Of a DNA stretch of 64,000 nt, positions 60,868-64,000 are shown one piece after another (within the stretch, counting starts at the first letter, position 1; each line of letters opens with the position of its first letter). The position numbers and the translations under genes are program-made. The stretch is from an uncultured Gemmatimonadaceae bacterium (GTDB lineage Bacteria > Gemmatimonadota > Gemmatimonadetes > Gemmatimonadales > Gemmatimonadaceae): the NCBI GenBank assembly GCA_963716745.1, contig OY970320.1, positions 2,560,001-2,624,000 of the forward strand. Reading direction: 5' to 3'. The notes beneath the pieces are model-generated. The model made no database searches. It was not told the DNA's origin and worked only from the letters and a program-made list of their open reading frames with translations.

Positions 60868-63132
60868 ATGCGCATCCTGACGCTCTGTGCAGTCGCCGCG
60901 CTCGGAGCGGCGTCACCGCTCGCGGCGCAGCAGCCGGCGCCCGCGAGTGCGCCGGTGGTCGCGCCCGCCAGCGCGCCGGCCAGCGCGCCGGCCAGTGCTC
61001 CGGCCCGTGCGGACACCGCGCCGCATCCCGCGCCGGGTTCGGGCGCGCTGATGCCCGCGGTCACGCCGGCGCCCGATCAGGCGCGCGGCGTGGATGCCGC
61101 ACTCCGCGCGGCGTTGTTCGATCTCGTCGCCGACCGTCCGCTCACGGCGCTGAGCCGCCTCGAATGGCTCGCGTCGTCCAAGAGCGCGTTGAACGCCGCG
61201 CCGGGCGCGGGCCAGCGCACGCGCGAGGACATGCTGTTCCTGCTCGCGCAGTCGTACTACCGGCTTGGCCTGAGCACCAGCTTCCGTGCCGCCGCGGCAC
61301 AGCTGATCAAGCTCGCGCCCACCAGCCACTACGTACCGCTGATCCAACTGCAGTTGGCGCTCGACGCATATCGCCGCGGTGACTTTGCCGGCGCGCGAGC
61401 CGAGGCCGCCAAGGCGACGGGCGCGCCCGATGGCTCGCTCACGGACTTCGTGTCCGGGCTGTCGGCGTACCAGGGCGGCGATTTCGCGGCGGCGCGAGCC
61501 TCGTTCGCCAAAGTGATCGCGGCGGCGAACCCCGCATACACGCCGTACGCGCAGTACATGGACGCGATCGCGGCGATGCAGGGGGATACGTCGAAGGCCG
61601 CGGCGGCGCTCGAGGCGCTGCGGCCGCTCGCGAACAGCGCGGCCGGACCGTTCGCCGACCAGCTGCGGCTCGCGGCGGCGCGGCTCGCGTTCCAATCGGG
61701 CAAGTTCGACATCGCGGCGCAGCTCGCCGGCCAAGTGCCGGCGTCGAGCGGCCTCGCGCCCGAAGCGGCGTTGGCGCGCGCGTGGTCGCTCTATCGCGCG
61801 GGGCAATACGATTCCTCCGCCGCGATCTTCGGCGACTACGCCACCAAGTGGCCGCAACTGCCGGGACGCGATGAAGCGCGGCTCATGCACGGACAGATCC
61901 TGCTCGAGCAGCACCACGCGGCGGATGCCAATGCGTACTTCACGATCGTGGGTGATTCGCTCGGTGCGGAGATCGCCGTGCTGCAGAGCAAGCTGAACGC
62001 CGCAATGGCCGCGGCGGCGCGCGGACTGGTCGCGGCGCGCGCTTCCGGCGCGCTCTTCGTGCGTGAGGCGGCGACGGGCAAGTCGATGATGCTGGGGCCG
62101 AATGCCGGCGCTGAAGGCAATGTGCTCGTCGCGACCTTCGCGAGTCTGCCGGCGCCCGTGCATGCCGATTCGGCGCCGCCGTCGCTCGTGACCGTGGGCG
62201 ATCTGCAGACGCGCTTCGCTTCCGTCGCGCCGCCGCTGCCCACCGACATCACGATGCGCCCGCTCTATGCGAACGCGTCGGGGCCTGCGGTGTTCGGCGA
62301 CTACTTCCAGCGCGATCAGAATCTCCTCGAGGCCGACCTCAACGTCGCGGTCGGGCGCTACCGCATGCAGGCCGCCACCGGCGACTACGCGATGCGGATC
62401 GCGGCGCTCAAGAATCTTCAGCTGCTGATCACCGAGGGCACGGCGAACCTGAACGAGATGAACAAGCAGATCGCGTTCACGCAGGATTCGCTGTCGCACA
62501 TGAGTGCGAACCTCGTCGCGGCCCGGCAGCAGATGCACCACGCGCTGCTGGTGCAGGCGGCGGCCACGTCGCGGGCGGCCACCGACAACCTGGCGCGGCT
62601 CGACAGCGTGCGTGCCTCGCTGGGGTCGAGCGTGAATCCCGTGGAGTCGGATGTCCTTACCACCGAGGCGCAGACGGCCGCCACGTACCGCCGTCTGGCG
62701 GAGATGGTGACGCGCGGCGCGGACTCGGCGATCGGCCGACACCCGGCGTTCGCGCTCAAGGACTCGATCACCGTGCGCCTCGCGCGCGCCAAAGCGCTGG
62801 CGGAGCAGGGGCAGCAGCTGTTGGTCACGAACGGCGCGGTGGTCGCGGCGGAGTTGGCGCGACTAAACGCCACGGAGAGTGACCGGACGCGTGCCGCACG
62901 CCAGGAGCTTTCCGCCGCCGAGCAGGGCCGCGCGATCGCCGAACTCCGAATGTTCTCGCTGCTGGATGGCGAGCTTCGCGCCCGCGCGACGCAGATGGTG
63001 AACGCGCTCAAGGCGAGCCGCGAAGCCGCCGACTACGGATCCGCGAGCGCGGCCTTCTTCCTCGTGATCGACGCGAAGTCGGGCGGGACCCCGAACGGCA
63101 GCGCGGCACCCGCGCCGGCGCCGGAGAAGTAG
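60868..63132 (+). CDS. Large exported TPR/coiled-coil protein (GltC-like position)
   Basis: Signal peptide, Pro/Ala linker; TPRs LFLLAQSYYRLG, GDFAAARASFAKV, ALARAWSLYRAGQY; helical C-terminal half. Confidence 0.75.
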   Translation: MRILTLCAVAALGAASPLAAQQPAPASAPVVAPASAPASAPASAPARADTAPHPAPGSGALMPAVTPAPDQARGVDAALRAALFDLVADRPLTALSRLEWLASSKSALNAAPGAGQRTREDMLFLLAQSYYRLGLSTSFRAAAAQLIKLAPTSHYVPLIQLQLALDAYRRGDFAGARAEAAKATGAPDGSLTDFVSGLSAYQGGDFAAARASFAKVIAAANPAYTPYAQYMDAIAAMQGDTSKAAAALEALRPLANSAAGPFADQLRLAAARLAFQSGKFDIAAQLAGQVPASSGLAPEAALARAWSLYRAGQYDSSAAIFGDYATKWPQLPGRDEARLMHGQILLEQHHAADANAYFTIVGDSLGAEIAVLQSKLNAAMAAAARGLVAARASGALFVREAATGKSMMLGPNAGAEGNVLVATFASLPAPVHADSAPPSLVTVGDLQTRFASVAPPLPTDITMRPLYANASGPAVFGDYFQRDQNLLEADLNVAVGRYRMQAATGDYAMRIAALKNLQLLITEGTANLNEMNKQIAFTQDSLSHMSANLVAARQQMHHALLVQAAATSRAATDNLARLDSVRASLGSSVNPVESDVLTTEAQTAATYRRLAEMVTRGADSAIGRHPAFALKDSITVRLARAKALAEQGQQLLVTNGAVVAAELARLNATESDRTRAARQELSAAEQGRAIAELRMFSLLDGELRARATQMVNALKASREAADYGSASAAFFLVIDAKSGGTPNGSAAPAPAPEK

Positions 63133-63135
63133 CCA

Positions 63136-64000
63136 ATGCGCGCCCGCTCTCTCCTCTTCGTGGTCGCCGCCGCTTGGGCGGCGGGCCTGCAAGCACAGGC
63201 AGCGCCATCGGCGCCACCGGCGCCGTCGGGGCAGCAGGCGCAACTCGCGACCAACAAGACCGCTCCGCCCGTGCCGCTCAATGCCGCCATCGAGAAGCTC
63301 ACCACGTTCATCACGCGCTATCCGGCCAGTCCGCTTCGCGCCGACGCGCTCTTCGAGCTCGGCGAACTCCTGGTGCGCCGCGCGGACGAGAACTTCGCCG
63401 CGTCGCAGCGCGCATCCTCGGGCGGCACCGGAGCGCAGGACCGGCCCGACTATGCGCCCGCGATCGCCCGCTACGAGGAATTGATCGCGAAGTACCCGAA
63501 GTTCGACCGGCTCGATGCGGCGCAGTACACGCTCGGCACACTGTACACCGCCGACCAGCGCTTCTCGGATGCGGTCAAGATGTTCACGGCCGTCACCCTG
63601 CAGCACTCGTCGCATTTCCGGCCCGAGTCCTTCTTCCGGCTGGGCGACGCGGACTTCGAGCTCGCGGCCAAGGCGCGCGGCAATGCGCGCAAGGCACTGT
63701 TCGTGCAGGCCGCCGTCGCGTACGACAGCGCCACGCACACCGCCCCTCCGGGCGGCGACATCTATTTCCTCGCGCTCTACAAGCTGGGCTGGGCCTACTA
63801 CAATCAGGCCACCAAGGCCATGCAGCCGGAGTATTCGCAGGCCGTGGATGTGTTCGGCCGCCTCGTCACCGAATACGATCAGCTCACGCCCGCGCAGCAG
63901 GCCCGCCTCGGACTGCGCCGCGAGACGATCGACTATATGGCGGTGTCGCTCACGCAGGTGGGCGGCGTGGATGCGTCGAACAAGTACTTCGCGGCGCACC
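63136..64000 (+). CDS. Exported TPR protein, GltD/AgmU-like; truncated by the window end and absent from the ORF track
   Basis: MRARSLLFVVAAAWAAGLQAQ...RYPASPLRADALFELGE...AIARYEELIAKYPKFDRLDAAQYTLG...ALYKLGWAYYN...LRRETIDYMAVS; open to the edge. Confidence 0.8.
   Translation, partial: MRARSLLFVVAAAWAAGLQAQAAPSAPPAPSGQQAQLATNKTAPPVPLNAAIEKLTTFITRYPASPLRADALFELGELLVRRADENFAASQRASSGGTGAQDRPDYAPAIARYEELIAKYPKFDRLDAAQYTLGTLYTADQRFSDAVKMFTAVTLQHSSHFRPESFFRLGDADFELAAKARGNARKALFVQAAVAYDSATHTAPPGGDIYFLALYKLGWAYYNQATKAMQPEYSQAVDVFGRLVTEYDQLTPAQQARLGLRRETIDYMAVSLTQVGGVDASNKYFAAH

Overview
High-GC, gene-dense bacterial chromosome segment. Gene content and protein style point to Gemmatimonadota (inference): SusC/SusD pair, carboxypeptidase-regulatory/plug proteins, Tat-type TldD pairs and the 'EVERISEGQRFTTKLL' small protein. 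It is mostly core genome: PBP1A, an amidohydrolase, ilvE, an HNH nuclease, an NtrY/NtrX-like two-component operon with an Omp85-like protein and DUF4390, a NYN/LOTUS RNase, mpg, an M19 dipeptidase, tdh-kbl, two tandem tldD-tldE pairs, a CDF transporter, mutM, rho-ruvX-mltG-(aroH antisense)-thiE-rlmI, a site-2 protease, a six-tRNA cluster, a sigma70-family factor, mlaEFD, NUDIX, atpAGDC, waaA, DsbA and susCD. At the right edge an operon begins with two YjbH-like barrel/coiled-coil paralogs, a coiled-coil protein and two large TPR proteins; it resembles an Agl-Glt-type trans-envelope machine. No integrase, transposase, CRISPR array or rRNA was found. Most notable: (1) the Glt-like envelope operon; (2) duplicated Tat-exported TldD/TldE with Asp replacing the metal-ligand Cys; (3) an unannotated 51-aa protein under a clear sigma54 promoter; (4) long fold-back elements and several families of 7-bp tandem repeats, one inserted in frame in a gene; (5) a recurring NANNNT-N6-start signature suggesting leaderless mRNAs; (6) aroH lying antisense inside an operon. 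About nine small indels interrupt otherwise intact genes and are most likely assembly errors. All family calls come from motif recognition only; no database searches were run.
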